A stretch of 64,000 bases of DNA from Zygnema circumcarinatum SAG 698-1b (GCA_037447605.1 CM074809.1:3152689-3216688); one strand, 5' to 3'. Shown: positions 37,700-51,601, numbered from the stretch's first letter. Program-made: numbers and translations. Notes: a model not told the origin generated them from the letters alone.

Positions 37700-37955
37700 G
37701 AATAAACGGACGGCTGCGATGGCGATCCGGAGTCGCCCAATCGCCTCCTGTGATTGGCCGTTATGAAATGCATGTGAACAGAAAAGGAAGCTCAGCTACT
37801 CCACGGCTGCGATCGATTAAATCGGACGGTTATCGTTTCGATCCGAAGGTCCTCCTTGACGTCTCGGGATTGGCTCTTGGTTCGTAGTTTATATTTTTAT
37901 TTTTGCTTGCGAAAACTCTTCCTGCTTCTCTTAAGGATATAAGCGTGAGATTGGT
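37700..37955 (+). promoter_or_regulatory. H2A promoter with repeated ACGGCTGCGAT / GGACGG motifs and CCAAT boxes
   Basis: ACGGCTGCGAT occurs twice (about 37710 and 37803), ATCGGACGGT at about 37821, several CCAAT/ATTGG, and a TATAA at about 37938. Confidence 0.45.
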
Positions 37956-38114
37956 TGCCAAGGCTTCTTGTCTCCCAGCGCTCGCAATTTCAGTCGAAGG
38001 AATTAGGTCATACTACTGACTGCTCTTGAAGCTTGCGTGATATACTGAGCAGCTCGAAGCTCTCAGAGCATTTGTTTTGCTTTTAAGGGCCAACGACTTC
38101 CATTCTTCGGAGCC

Positions 38115-38673
38115 ATGTCGGGCCGTGGAAAGAGCTCTGGCAAGAAGGCAGTTTCGCGCTCAGCAAAGGCGGGACTGCAGTTCCCTGTTGGTCGTATAGC
38201 GCGGTTCTTAAAGGCTGGCAAGTACGCGACGCGTGTTGGAGCGGGGGCGCCTGTGTATCTTGCTGCTGTTCTAGAGTACCTTGCCGCGGAGGTATTCGCT
38301 TTTATTAACCCTTTTCGAGTTATAATCATATGAATAGATCTGTTGAACTTTTGCATTATCAAATTGAAGTTTCCTTTCTCCCTGGAAACACTTGGAGGAT
38401 GGTGTGTCTATATTGTTCTTACTAAGTTGTGAGCGTTTGCTGTGTTTTTGCTGTCAGGTTCTTGAGCTCGCCGGTAACGCTGCCCGTGACAATAAGAAGA
38501 CCAGGATAGTCCCTCGGCATGTCCAACTTGCTGTCCGAAATGACGAGGAGCTCAGTAAGCTGTTGGGACAAGTAACAATTGCTTCTGGTGGTGTTCTGCC
38601 AAACATTCACTCCATTCTCTTGCCCAAAAAGTCAGGCGGCTCCGGTGCAGCTGCATCAGCAGCAGCGGAGTAG
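38115..38673 (+). CDS. H2A: Histone H2A (canonical-type); exons 38115-38291 and 38458-38673
   Basis: [52 protein letters not shown]|[52 protein letters not shown]. There is no SQEF (H2A.X) or KSPKK (H2A.W) tail. Confidence 0.98.
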
Positions 38674-39461
38674 GGCTAGTGGTTAGTTCCTCTAGCAGCT
38701 TGACTGCAAATGTCTGACAGTTTTGAACCGACAAGAGTTTTAGAGATGAAAAAGTTCAAAAGTTCAGTTTTTTGATGCTGGCCATGAATGGCAGGTTCTA
38801 ATCCTTCAGAGATTAGATAGAGTGCTTCGAATTCTTTCTGTTTTTTTGCAATGCGTCCGGAAAGGCTCTAGGACTTGCTAGGCTTGAGGCTACTTAGAAT
38901 GGCTTTAGGTATTTGTCCGTTTGTACAGTTCCGTTACTTTGTAACTAGAGATTAAGTAGACAATAAAGTGGCCAAACTCTGTTGATGTTTCACCTGAAAT
39001 AATACCTGATCGCATGCACTGCGTCGTTGATTGCTGTAAGTCGACATGCATATATTCCTTTTCTTGTCATTAAACTGGGAGTCGTTCTGTGTTCCTTCGA
39101 GCAATATATTGCTCCTAGATTAAACTGTCGTTTTCTTCGCTACAATTCAAGAGACACCCTACAAACATAAGCATTGGCCCAAATTCCCTCGACTGCCATG
39201 CCCAGCTGCAAACCACTATTGTGTTCCCCAGGGCATTTAGTTAGACATTCAAAATGAGAACCAATTGCTGTGTTCACGATGTCTGAAAATTCATACAAAC
39301 GGTCGTCTGAAGAAATTAAAGATCGTGTATCTCCCAACAACCGATCACTTTCCACACATCTAACACATGAGGGCGCTACAGCCTGCAAACCCAAAAACAA
39401 ATTACATGACGCACTAAACTATACAATACGTGGACATTGCCATTATTCAATCACTTACAGT

Positions 39462-40424
39462 TAATCTACAGAAGTGGCGTTGCCATGCATGTGACTAGAA
39501 AGGGGGCTGCTAAGATCCAGACTGACAGTCCCACCGTCCTCCAGCACCTGTGAACTGGTGGTTTCAGTTTTACATCATTAGCTCGGAGGCCCCCGAAAGC
39601 CTGCACAGACGGTTGGCGATGTAAAACGGAAAGGTAAAATACATCACTTACAATACATAAACTCCTCAACCTGTACACCTACAAAAACTTCCTCATATTC
39701 AACTCTCATTCTTGTCTCCAGAAAAAAATTGACGTAGTTAAAATTGTTACAACCAAAAGGCCCGCTAGTTGCCCGTTTGTCATGGCCGACTTCCATGAGT
39801 AGACTAAAATATGGCGGGCCAGCACTATCCCATCTTCGACCACAGAGCGATGAGGAAGCTCCTGCTTTCCAGAAAAAGAACGGAGCCAAATGTCTGCAGG
39901 AAAAATACGCAAGGAGCGTCCTGAAACGTTTTTCACAAACTGTTTTAAGATATCAACGCTTTTGGACTCGGAACTGCAGCGAGCCAAATGAAAGCAAAAC
40001 AGATGCAGCAGATGTGCTGAACTTTTCTCGTACCGCGCAGGTTGTGAAAGATTCTCTTTCAGAAACAGCCCTTCCTCCTTCCTTCCGCCAGTCTTTCATC
40101 CTTTCCCTCTACAAGAAATGGCTTCATACCAAAAGCAAAGGCCGTGTACTTACTGGGAATGGAAAGTATGATAAGTGTAGTCCACGTCATGATCATCGCC
40201 GGGAGCAGCGTGAGGACAGAAGCAACGATAGCCACAGCTGCCACCTGACTCCCTAAAAATAGAGTTTTTCCAGCTTCCATCCATGGAGTCACACTCTCAT
40301 TATACATGCGAGGATGCCGTAGCGTTGCGAGATAGGCGACAGATGAAATTGTCCACAAACAGCATACAGCCAGAGAAAGGCCCACAGATAAAGCCAAAAA
40401 TTTGCAAGAAACCTCAATCCACAT
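39462..40424 (-). CDS. Small uncharacterised membrane protein
   Basis: Hydrophobic exon (LALSVGLSLAVCCLWTISSVAYLA...VAAVAIVASVLTLLPAMIMTWTTLIILSIP) splices to IWLRSFSGKQELPHRSVVEDG..GQLAGLL. From memory it resembles a plant family with a VTWITVLVLLAFAGKPRR motif. The last exon and the start are uncertain. Confidence 0.5.
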
Positions 40425-41363
40425 GACAACTGGAAATGAATCAACAGATGAGCTTCTCTGGCGCTACCTCTATCCAATAAAGTAGCAAAAATGCCACGTC
40501 GTCTAATGGCATAAAGAAGCGAAGCCCGAAAAAATACACACATATGGAATTCACATAAAATAAATATGGAGGGCTGAGGAGCGGAAATAAGAGAGTGCGC
40601 GCGGTGAGACCCCCGTGCTTGAGCAGGCAGTCCGAGCAGCCATGGCCGACGCCGTGGAGCTGCCGAAGCAGCAGAAGACGGGAACAAGCCGCGGAGCAAA
40701 TATCGTATCGAGATAGATCGGTGTCATCCCGATATAAGGGCCGACCCTTATGGCCCTGTACGGCCGTCCGTACTCAAACCCGTACGACACCAGGACTCGC
40801 AGTTCAGTGAGTCCACTTCAATCGAGCTGGAATCGCAGTACTGTACTGTACAGTACTGTACTGTACTGTACAGTAGATCCCGAGACCGACGTTGCCCAGC
40901 GAACGTAGATTTTCGGGTCCACCATGGATCCGCCGGAATTTCGGAGTCTACACTTCGCGCTTCAATCGGCGTCGATTGTTGCCCGTTGCGTGTTCTATGC
41001 GCCCAGTTTCACAAATCCAGTTACATTCCCCGTAGAACGGTCGTTTTGTGTCACAGGGAAAGGCCAGCTCCCGTCCCCAGTTCCACGTTTCTCGGTCTTC
41101 CTCCTTATGGCACTTTGTCAAATGAGAAGTCGCCACGTGTATAAAAGTATACCCGTGGCAGATTCCTATTGGCAAATGGCCGACTCCCGAGTCCATTCAG
41201 GAGGAAGGCCTTAAAGGAGCCCATGGGAGTCCACTTTTCGTCTTTTTTTTTTTTTGGCCAAGTGAAGAATCACTGTACTCGCCATCCATCTTTCTCCTCC
41301 TGAGCGTTTTCTTGATAGTTATGTGATAGAGGCAGACATCATTCTGCGTCCTCCTCGTTCTTT

Positions 41364-44300
41364 ATGTCCATGGCCACTTGCTGCCTTTCGTCGGTGCTCG
41401 CAGTTCGCTTTCCTGATAAGGCGCAGGGACCGGCCAGCTGTGTCAAAAGGTCGTCTGAACACGAAGGCGGATGTTCCAAGTCGCCTCAAACGCAAAGAAA
41501 AGGGGCAGGATATGAAGTGATAAGCCGTATTAAGGCGTCGGAAAGGCGGAGAAGGGTACTTTTGCATATCTCATGCCGTCTGTGATCCAAATTCTTCTTC
41601 ATTCGTTGTGTTTTGGAATAGCTGACCCCTCAATGACGCTTGTGCGAGGCTCGAAGTGAAGAAATGCTCGATTGCTTGATAGATCGTAACATGAATCCTA
41701 GGTGATGTCAATTTCTTCGAGGTTGCCTCTCAGTTTTCAATTATTGTTGGACAAAAACTGCGCAAACCGAAAGGGAATGACATATTGAGTAGGATTCGAT
41801 CCCTCGTCTGTAGTTTAAGTCCTTATCATCCGTCTGTCGAAAGATGTGGCTAAGCTGAATTAGTACGTCAAGCAAATTCCGCCGGTCCAGAACCGAAGAA
41901 CCGGAGTGATTTGCATTCACCACTTTACTAATTTTAGCTGTCAATTGAAGTGAGGAAATGAGCAACGAGCAAGGATTCTCGCTTAAATTCTTAGAAAGTT
42001 CTTGCAACTCCTGTAGGTGCAGAACATTTATTGTCAATTTTTTAGGGCAAAGCTTACTAGATCACCCACACTGCTGGATGTACAAGTCAATGAAAGCAGT
42101 CCGGGTATCTTTAAACTGCGAATGTGAGCCTCGTCTGCTGTCCAGGAAGCCTGTATGTCAGTGTTCTGGAAATCTTCCTGGTGGGAACATAGGCTTGATG
42201 CTCTTCAATGTCAAGTCCATTGTAGATACGTTGGAGTAGTTACTTGAGTTGCTGCAATGTAAACATTTCAGGCGTCATGGAAATGTTGTCTGTTTGTGGC
42301 ATAGCATAGGCATTGACAGATAATCCGACTTTTGACATTTTTTTCCATGTCAACCGACGTGTACAAGGTTCTTGACACTTTCCAACAACGAGAAGCGCAC
42401 TTGAACGTCTACCTCCAAAATTGAGAGCATTTGATTGGAAGGAACCTTGCACATGTCTTAACTTGTCTTCAGAAGGATTTTTTCAACACGCTCTGTGACA
42501 CAGTCCGTGACTACGCAGTTGCAGAAGGTCCTTTTTAGTCTTTTGATGTCAGACCTCATTCTTCCCGCTTGTTGGGCAGCTGACTTCTTAAGAAATGAAA
42601 TTGGCGGCTGAAGTGTTGACATCCTTTTTTTTATCCCTGCTGTCGTTGTGCTTGGCAGGCTGAAAGATTTCATAAAGAGGCATTGGCAAGCAATTATTCA
42701 CCTCGATGGGTCCCCAAAGACTTTCGCAAAAAAAGAATTTTGCAGCAGATTGTCTGTCAACTACCAAGTGGACGTTTTTTTGAAGAAGAGGTGACTACTT
42801 CTCTGGAAACTCGTGTGAAGCAGAGAATATAGTTCCACGTTCATTTCCTTATTCTGCTTCAATTCAGGGATGGTTTGCAAACCTTTTGAATGTGACCAGC
42901 TATGTTCGACAATGATGCTAATGAATTATTACTTGGTTCAACTTGTTATTCAAGTGCTACTTTTTGCTTTTCTCCATTTGCTCATGAATGGGCATTCTTC
43001 AAAGCTGTTACACTCACATATACGAACGGATCAGCGATGATTGTAGAGGGTCATCGGATTGCGGCTGATGTACTGTTCTTGTTTGTCTTTGAGATAGTCA
43101 GAGTTCAGTTTAGTCTTTGCTCTCCCCGTCTGTGCAGGTTGTGTCACATGTGAAGTTGTCAAGGGGGGTCTGCGTGAGGTGATGCTGGGAGAAGAGGCCT
43201 GTCGTGATTCGGGTTCAGGGCCGACGCAGGCCATTGGAGCAGAGCATGGAGAGGGCTTCGCTACTTTTCGCCCTAGGGGACCCCTGCATGTGGATGTGGT
43301 GAGTTGCCTTTGCTATTTTAACTTCAGCCACGAGAAAAACTGGAACTTGATATATGCAAACGAGGCTTGTAGTTTTTTGACTGAAACCATGAGCTGCAAA
43401 TGGAGGATCCCATGGTTTGCATTATGCGCCTCGGCTTGTTGAGCAGAAGGGTTTGATAGAAATTACAGACTGTGAGTACTGTTGTTGTTGATTACGAAGT
43501 CAAGCATTAGTTCGGGAAAATTATACCGTTGTAGTAGGGGATAACGCAGATAAGGTACCATTGGTATATGCGTGCCAAAGTATCCTTGTACGGACGGCCG
43601 TAAAGTATATGGATGTTTTATGTACATGCTCTGGGTACATTGAGCAGCAGCTCAGCAGCTCCGCATATAGCAGACCAGTTCAATGGTTGGACATGCGGCC
43701 GTTGATATGAACTGTGAACCTCTTTAGCTCTTCTTTTCTTCTGTAGTGTTGCGCCCATGTCTTGCTCGGAAGGCCGAAATAAACTTTCCGGACATGTGTG
43801 TTTTCTTTGGGACTGGGCGGGTAGGATTTTTTGAACGACAGAATGAAAGAGAGGGGTCTGCAGAGAATTCGATTTTCCATGCGACCAGACGAGGCGTTTG
43901 GGCTTATTTACTCTATTGATAATGTCTTGGTACAAACCTCGTCCTTATTTCAGCTTCTCAAGGTGTTTTCATGGTATTCTGAACAGAAATAGTTTTCCTT
44001 TGAACTTATCCTTATTGTGGTGTTCAAGTATCCTATCATGTGTGCATTCATTTCGTCTGCACTGGATCAATGTCTGACAGCTTCTATTGCTGGTAGTGAC
44101 AGGCAGATACTCGGCCATTAAGAATAGAGGCGTGGAGACGTCTTGCTCTAGAAGATGGTATGCCGATTCTGACTTAAAAAATGAGTGTTTTTGACATTGC
44201 ATTAAGATTGTTGAGCAGGACTAGGGAGGTTATGCATGTAACCGAGGAGGTTTTGTTCAAACGATAAACGTTTTTTTGTGCTTTCGGTTGCTGATTCGGT

Positions 44301-46546
44301 GTGGCTATTGCTTCAGGTCGGGATCCGCATGTTGTGGAAGAATCTCAAAAACAAATTCTGGGAGTGGGAGTTGAGAGGGCTATCCGTCAGGTGTGTTTTT
44401 TTATACTGCACAACTACATTTTTTTGCGAATGAAGTCTTTGTCATAATTATGTAGGAAGTGCAATGGAAACATAGGTGGACACTAAGTGGATGAAAGGGG
44501 CTCTGCTGTGAAGGAAAAGAACGAGAATTGAGGCTTGTGTGCTTTGCCTAGCATAGAGAGATTACTGAGGTATATGCTTACATTCTATGCTTTAGCATAA
44601 ACCGGATCTTTATGTCACTCTGCTTTTGTCTTGTGATATGCTTTACCCTCAATAATTCTGGGGAAGTAAATTAGGGAGCACGTTCAGCATCACGAGATGT
44701 TATTTATGCTATGTATTCATCTTTGAGTTCCTACTTTTGCCAATGCTGGCACTATGTTCTATTCTATCATCATGCCAAAACCTGCATTGAATTGACATTG
44801 CAGGTTTTGGCGTGGACCCAATCTGACAGCGACGTTCTACAATTATCGAACCGGCTCTCTGAAATCTACTGCCAGCTATTTAGTCAGGTTGGATGATGTG
44901 ATACTATCTGCCCTTAATCTGCATCTTTGGAGCCTTTTCAAATGTTGAAGATTATGCTGGAGGATTACGTACTGTATGCTTATGGTGTCATGTGGGTGAA
45001 TTTGCAGGTTCAGACCCCGATGGATGGTGTCACAGAATGGCTGAAAGCTATGGATAGGGCAAGGGTCCCTTGTGCTGTTACATCCTCAATGGATAGAATA
45101 ACTCTGCTTGCGGCTCTGGATCGTATGGGCATCAACAGATACTTCTGCGTAAGGCCTCTTAAGTTCATGCCGATATCAATGTTGCATCTAAGATGCAACT
45201 ATGCACATTCTAACATTAACTCTACTGAAGGGGTTGTTAGGTCGATTAAAGGGGTCCAAATTGTAAATCAATAGGTTGAAGTATATGGCTTCCTCTTCTT
45301 GATTCAGGGGTGTCCAAACATGTACTGTTTGCCAGTTAAGTTTACTGTTTGGAAGCAGCCACTGACCATGATTGGTTAAAACTACCTACTTCACTCTTTT
45401 TGCGTTTACGTGAAACATTTTACGATATCCTTGATCATTGCACTTTGCCCTTAACACGTATTGCACAGCAGAGCTGCATTGTTTGTCACTCTGATCGCTT
45501 TTGAGGTGACCTCGACATGGTTCAGTAGCAGTTCATTCTTAACTCTACGCAGATCTTATCTCAGCATTTCCGTTTGACCTTATCCCACCTTCATACTCGA
45601 AATGGTTTGTTTTCCCCCTGGCAGTCACGAAGTGGATCTGATTGGTTACATGAGGATGTCCCGCAGACATTTGTCACACAGGAGGATGGCATGGAGTCGA
45701 TTGCCCATCGTTTTCTCTCTGCTGCAGTGAAGGTTGGTCATTGATACCCTGCCTAATGTCGACTTTATATTAACCAATTGTGGATGCATAACTTGTTTGA
45801 AGATGGTTGAGTTTAACCGAAGAACAGAGCAAATACAGAACAAAGTATCTATTGGGTCGCGAGCAAGAGAACTATTGAAATGGAAATGACGAACCCGAGC
45901 TTGTCTGATTTATCCCATTGCCTGTAAGTTCTGAGGCAGATAGGGAGTCTTAAAGATAGTTTGACCGTATTGTAGGACATACCGAGCATGCACAAACGGG
46001 TATTTCGCATGTGCTGAGATGTACAATATGGTGGGTCGGGGACAGCTGGACAGGCCGCCTAAGAAGTGTGTGGTGTTTGAAGACAATCCTCGTGGAATTG
46101 CTGCTGCTCACAACTGCTCTATGAAGGCAATCGCCCTAATCGGTACACATCCTGCGTAAGTTCACTCGCCTCCTCCTTTATGGTCGAGCATGCATGCATG
46201 CATCCTCACGCTGCAGCATGCACTCAGGCATCCCCAAGATGCGGCAAGCGATACCCCAGAAGCTTGTTGGCTTTAGCGGCAGGAGGTTGAGGGGAAAGGA
46301 AGCCAACAGTTGAGGGATTTGAGTCTGCTGTTCTCCATCATCAAACCCTCCCCCTTTTAATTGTATGCGCGGGACAGGTATGAGCTCAAGCAGGCTGACT
46401 TAGCAATTAGCAACTTCAATGAGTTGTCAGTCATCAATCTCCGGCGCTTATTTGCTGCTCGAGGCCACGAGTTCATGGATCTGCAAAAGCAGGTAGAAGA
46501 TAAGAAGCCGCCCAAGAGAAAGCTGCGGAACGATACTCTTTTCTGA
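41364..46546 (+). CDS. HAD-like hydrolase, plastid type (At3g10970-like, related to the riboflavin-pathway pyrimidine phosphatase PyrP2)
   Basis: AIGAEHGEGFATFRPRGPLHVDV|DFLNDRM..IRFSMRPDEAFGLIYSIDNVL|ADT, VPCAVTSSMDR, EDGMESIAHRFLSAAVKLDRPPKKCVVFEDNPRGIAAAHNCSMK, YELKQADLA..FNELSVINLRRLFA. First-exon assignment is tentative. Confidence 0.9.
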
Positions 46547-47380
46547 GGGAGTACTTTTCAGGAGCCCTGTTTAGGTGGGAGGGAGTGACCAGCATGGTGT
46601 TTCAGCAGTCCTCTGTGTGAAATAGAATAAAGGGAGGCCAGACTGTGCTGGGTGGGAGTAGGAGGTTGGGAGTTGAAACAACTAGGTGAAATGGGAATAG
46701 TTAGGTCGACATCTCTTTCTGTGATTGGGTTGCATTCGCCATGCAATAAAAAAATTGCAGTTTTCTGCATTCAGAAACTGGAACTGGAAACCTGATTTTA
46801 GGTTTTGATTATTGTTGCTTTCGGGTTTGCACTGAAAGATGGGTTTGGTGTAATGGCTTTGACTTTTAACTGTAAAAGTAAAAAACATGGACCAAATATG
46901 AGTGCGCAGATTGAGGTCTACGCACCCTATAAACGTGAATAACCAGGAAGCCCTAAAATACCAAAAACTGCTACAAAACCGTTTTTAAAATTATGCTCTG
47001 AATTCTGAAAGCGCACCAAAAAACTCTAACATCCTCAGAGATCACATATAAAAAAAAACGGGCAGCACCCACGGTGAAGCTCATGCATTAATTTGAAACC
47101 ATTGCATTTAAAAAAACAGTATATTATAATTATCTTGCTTTAAGAAAAAAGTAAAATATGTAATCTTTTTCCGATACACCAAAAACATTTTTACAGTACT
47201 TCTTGACAGAAATCAGATCTCTGCATCAAGTCCCTATGGTCCATCAAAACGGAAAGATTGTACGCTGCCAAATTAGTTCGCCACGGAAAATTTGGCGCCA
47301 GAGTAGTCAATTTTTATTTATAAGCAAATTTGAAAACAGCACATGCCAAAAAAATACAAAGCTCCTTCCTTCTTGGTAAA

Positions 47381-47586
47381 GTCAAGGGCCAATCTCTTCG
47401 GATTTTGGTGAGGTCCCGGGACCAATCTCTTGCCATTTTGGCAGACTCATGGGCCCAACCTCGTGCGATTTTGGGGTCAAGGGTCAAACTCTTACGAGCT
47501 TGGTAAAGACAGGGGCCAATCTTTAAGTCGAGGGCCAGGGTCTGTTGCAGTATTGGTAGAGTCAAGGGCCAACCGCTTGCGATTTC
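47381..47586. repeat. Degenerate ~32-bp minisatellite (consensus about GTCAAGGGCCAATCTCTTGCGATTTTGGTAGA), about 6-7 units
   Basis: GTCAAGGGCCAA-like cores recur at about 47381, 47413, 47445, 47476, 47508, 47527 and 47561. Confidence 0.65.
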
Positions 47587-47622
47587 GCCCTTCCTTCCTT
47601 CAAAAAATTTAAGGCATCAACT

Positions 47623-49936
47623 TCACCACCTCCTCCCAAGAATCCGTTTCCCTCTCACGTTGGCTGCCACCTGCCGCTTGTTCAGCTCCTTGGCATCCTC
47701 CGTGATCTCGTCAATCACCTTCTCTTGCCTGTTTTGGGCACACCAACAGCCAATAGTCCCACAACCCTAATCAGTCAAATGTGCACGAAGCAAGCAGGGG
47801 CAGGATCCGAACCTGAAGAACACTGCCAGCCACTCTGTGTGTGTGAGAGTGAGAGAGAGAGAGAGAGGAAGAAAGAGAGCGAGCGAGAGAGAGAGAGAGA
47901 TTCGCACAGTAACGAAACCACACACAAAAGAAAGTTAAGAGATGAAAGGTGAAGGACTCACTTCTCCATCTCCCGTCCCATGTCGAGCGCCATCTTTTTC
48001 AAGTCCGTCAGGTTGGCGCTGACTGCATCCAAAATGTCATCCTGCTCGTCCTGTTCTGCCTGTCACATACAAAGACACACAAAAGAAAACGGAGAATAAT
48101 CCATCAGTTGCTTCTTTCCTCTGTTTCTTCCTTAGTCCCTCGGGGGGCTCCCCACTCTCGACCTCCAAAACTTTCAAGCTGCATGCACAAACAACTAGCA
48201 AAAGAACTGAAGAAGTGGTTACGTTCGATATGAACAGAGTGCAGAAATTTGAATGCGAGATGCTGCAATGTGAGCTTGCATGTTATGCATTTGCTCAGAC
48301 TTACTGAAAGTCGTTAGGTTGTCGATCAATGAGTAGAGATTATGCCATACAAAACACTCGATTCACGCGCCTCACGAATCCAGGAACTATCTACTCCAAT
48401 AATGATTCGCTTAACGTTCAAATTAGGAGATAGTGTAAGTCAAATACCGTTGCTGCCCTCCTTAATTTATTTCTTCACTAGCTGAGTATAGATGACCCAA
48501 CTTTACTAACCAATCTCCATCCTTTTTCTCCTCCTCACTTACGATGCTCATGTATCTCATTGCTCCAACTCCGATCTATCTTCTCTAGAACTAAACCAAA
48601 GATAAAAGAGGTAAAAATACACCATTTTTTTCATTGCTTATCCAAAGTGAGGTCTAACTTGCAACAAGCAATTTACAAGCTCTCACCTCCACTTGGTCCT
48701 GCCAGCCGTCAGCATCACCAGCTGTTCGTTGAGCCCTCTCCCCCTTCAAACCGAGCTCACCGCGGGAAGAAGGGTCTCCCGAGTAGGAAGATGGGTCATC
48801 TGCACACGCTCTAAGAACAAAAAAAAATATTCAATAAAACAGTCCGCAGCATTGCTTGAAGCTATACAATCCAAATACGGGGTGTGGGGGGGGGGGGGGG
48901 GGNNNNNNNNNNGGGGGGGGGGGGGGGGGGGGGGGGGGGGAAGGAAGGGGGAGAGAGAGGGAGAGAGAAAGCAAGCGAAAGGGAGACGGGTGCACGAGAT
49001 AGACATGGAGAAGCAAAGGAGTATCGTACCACCAGGACGATAATCCGACCCTGTGATTTTCTTTCCCTTCTTCGGCTTCCATCCAAATGAGAACATAGGC
49101 CCTAATCTTCCCAACAACTTCTCTCCCTGCAGAACGAGGGCAAGATACACAACCACTGAACCAATTCAATTCAAGCCACCATATCTCCATGATCCAAATT
49201 CAAACGAGAATGCTTGTCCCTTACCAATACATTTCACTCACAGTCTTGGAATGCGAAGCGGGCCGATTGAGCATGTTCACATAATGTACGAACCCAAAAA
49301 AAACGTATACAATTCACGCATATCGCGGTCCCAGCGAAGCAGGCAAGGGAAAAAAAGAAGGGGGAACCGTTCTCCTGCTCCGCTTCAGAACTTGAGAAAA
49401 AGGTGCTTTCCAACAAATACCCATTACCGAAATCGCATCAAAAGATGTGCTCGTTGTACCTTGGCCAGCTCCTGGTCGACCTGCACAACCTTCTCGTGCG
49501 TCCTCGAGAGCTGCTCCCCCTGCTCGTGCAGAGTCACTAAAGTCTGAGCCCCAATTTTTTTCGTATCCTCCGAAATCTTCAAAGCGTGCCTCAAATCGCT
49601 CGTCACTTCCTTCGACTTCTTCACCGCCAGCTGCTCCAACTCCCTCTGCTCCGCCCGCATCAGCGGATTATCTGACCTTGAATCGTACTCATAGGCCTCC
49701 GCAGTAACCCTAGAACGGCTGTATTGGTCCAAGGGATCGTACCCATTGTTCGGCTTTTCGGCTTCCACAGCGGCTTGCGCGGCTGCATGGCGGGCCTTGG
49801 CTTTGGGGACTCGCGGCTGTCCCCCGGTGACTCCCAGAAGCTCCGCGCGGGACCTCTCCTCCCTCTTCTCAGGGACGCGGTAGCGGCTCGTCAGCGCGCC
49901 GTCGTCGCCGTCCATCACCACCGGCAGGCGGCTCAT
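47623..49936 (-). CDS. SNAP25-homologous Qbc-SNARE (SNAP33/SNAP29-like); 5 exons
   Basis: Qb motif ELEQLAVKKSKEVTSDLRHALKISEDTKKIGAQTLVTLHEQGEQLSRTHEKVVQVDQELAKGEKLLGRLG, then WKPKK, and Qc motif QDDILDAVSANLTDLKKMALDMGREME.QEKVIDEI..AANVRGKRIL. No transmembrane anchor. Confidence 0.92.
48903..48912. other. Assembly gap (10 N) inside an intronic poly-G tract
   Basis: Run of N flanked by G homopolymers in a SNARE intron. Confidence 0.95.
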
Positions 49937-51601
49937 GCTGGGGCGAGGTTAGGGTTAGGGTGATGAAGAGAGGGGGGTGAGAGAGAGGGGGAGGGAGAGA
50001 GAGGGGGGAAGGGGGAGAGATTGAGAGAGAGAGGGAGTGAGGCAGAGAAGGGGGGAGGGAGGGAGGGAGGGAGGGACTGGGTCGAGAAAAGGAAGGACGG
50101 CGGGAGGGAAGATGCAAGGTGGAGAAAAAGAGCAGTCAGTATTCTCGCTGTTTCTGTTTGTCTTCACGTTTGTGTGGACATTTATGCTTCTGTTTATGCG
50201 GAGACGAGGGAGGGAGGGAGGACGGTGAGGGACGAAAGAGGCAGACGAGGCGCGCGCGAGGAAGCTGCGGACGGAGGGTGATGTCAACATACGTCCTCGG
50301 TCAACGTTGCCGTATTGTACATATTCGTACATTAATACATATTCGTACGTTCGAAAATTCGTACATTCGTACAACATCAAGCAAATGTTAGTCCAGACTA
50401 ACGGCACAGCGGAGTTCCCGAAGGCATCCACTTACGTCTCGTCAGCTGGATATGATGACGTCATAAATCACTTAACGCACTACCCATGTAGCGCGGCAAC
50501 TGCACGTTTTGGTGTCAATACAAAACTCCGCTAATACGACAAATAGTAGCGCTCGCTATGGACGGTTTTGTACGCTTGGAATGACGTCAGGTTGGCCAGA
50601 TGGCAGCACGGCATGGCGGGCTGTAGATTTGAAAAATCAATATGAATTTTGACCCTTCAGTGTGCCATTAGCGTCGCCCAAAAATTTCGGTGGTTGTACA
50701 GACGTACGAAAATCGTACGACGTTGTACGAAATGAACGTTGATGGGATGGCCAGGAGAAAAAGACAGATGCATCCGTACAACAACGGACGGGTTGACTTC
50801 AGGACAGCCGTGGTGCGTTGAATGAGTTGACGTTGACTCGTATTTTGTCGGTTTCCTCAATGGGCGCGGCAGCGATCTTCTGACCTCACGAAAGCAACGC
50901 GTTCGTGAAAGCAATGCGGTTTGAGACCGCAGTTTTTTGGAAAAATTTGAGCACGGAGCAAAGAACAAGGAAACAAGAAGAAGAAGAAAAAGAAGAAGAA
51001 GAAGCCCCTCCTCTTGTGTCCATGGAAGGACCCTCCAAAAGGTCGGAGGACCGCAGTATGAGAGCGTCGTGACCTACACTGCCTGGCAATTGAACCAGGT
51101 TCCATGCTCTTCCAAATCTGTTCACAAGATTGGTTGGTGTAGCTAACCACCGCAACTGCACAAAGAGAGCATGTACAAGGAAAGCATGCTCTTGTTTACA
51201 TCCCCTTGAATTGGGTCCAACCTTTCTGTACATAATTATGCTCGCAGGTACATGCAGTATGAATGGGAATGGCCCCACAGACCTCTCCTAAACTAAACTT
51301 TCACCTCAATCTCTGTAGTGCAGCCTTACATACTCCTAAAGATGGGCACCATACATAGCCCCGTGAACTCATCTAAAGTGACAATAACTATCACATTATC
51401 TGCAGAATGGTTTATGACAACACCTACAGGGTAATGCGTGCCTGCAAGCAGTACAAACCTGCCGAAACCGTTGCCTTTGAACGGCACATCCCTTCCTTCA
51501 GAGCTTCACTTCCAAATCTGGCCCGATTTCTTGGCCTCCCCACCAAAGCGTGAACGTTCTCGTAAACCCCCAAGAGCGATGCAGACATTGGCCGGAAAAG
51601 A

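Noticed and set aside
38620-38673. H2A tail as an H2A.X or H2A.W variant
   Set aside because: The tail ends SAAAE with no SQ(E/D)F or KSPKK motif.
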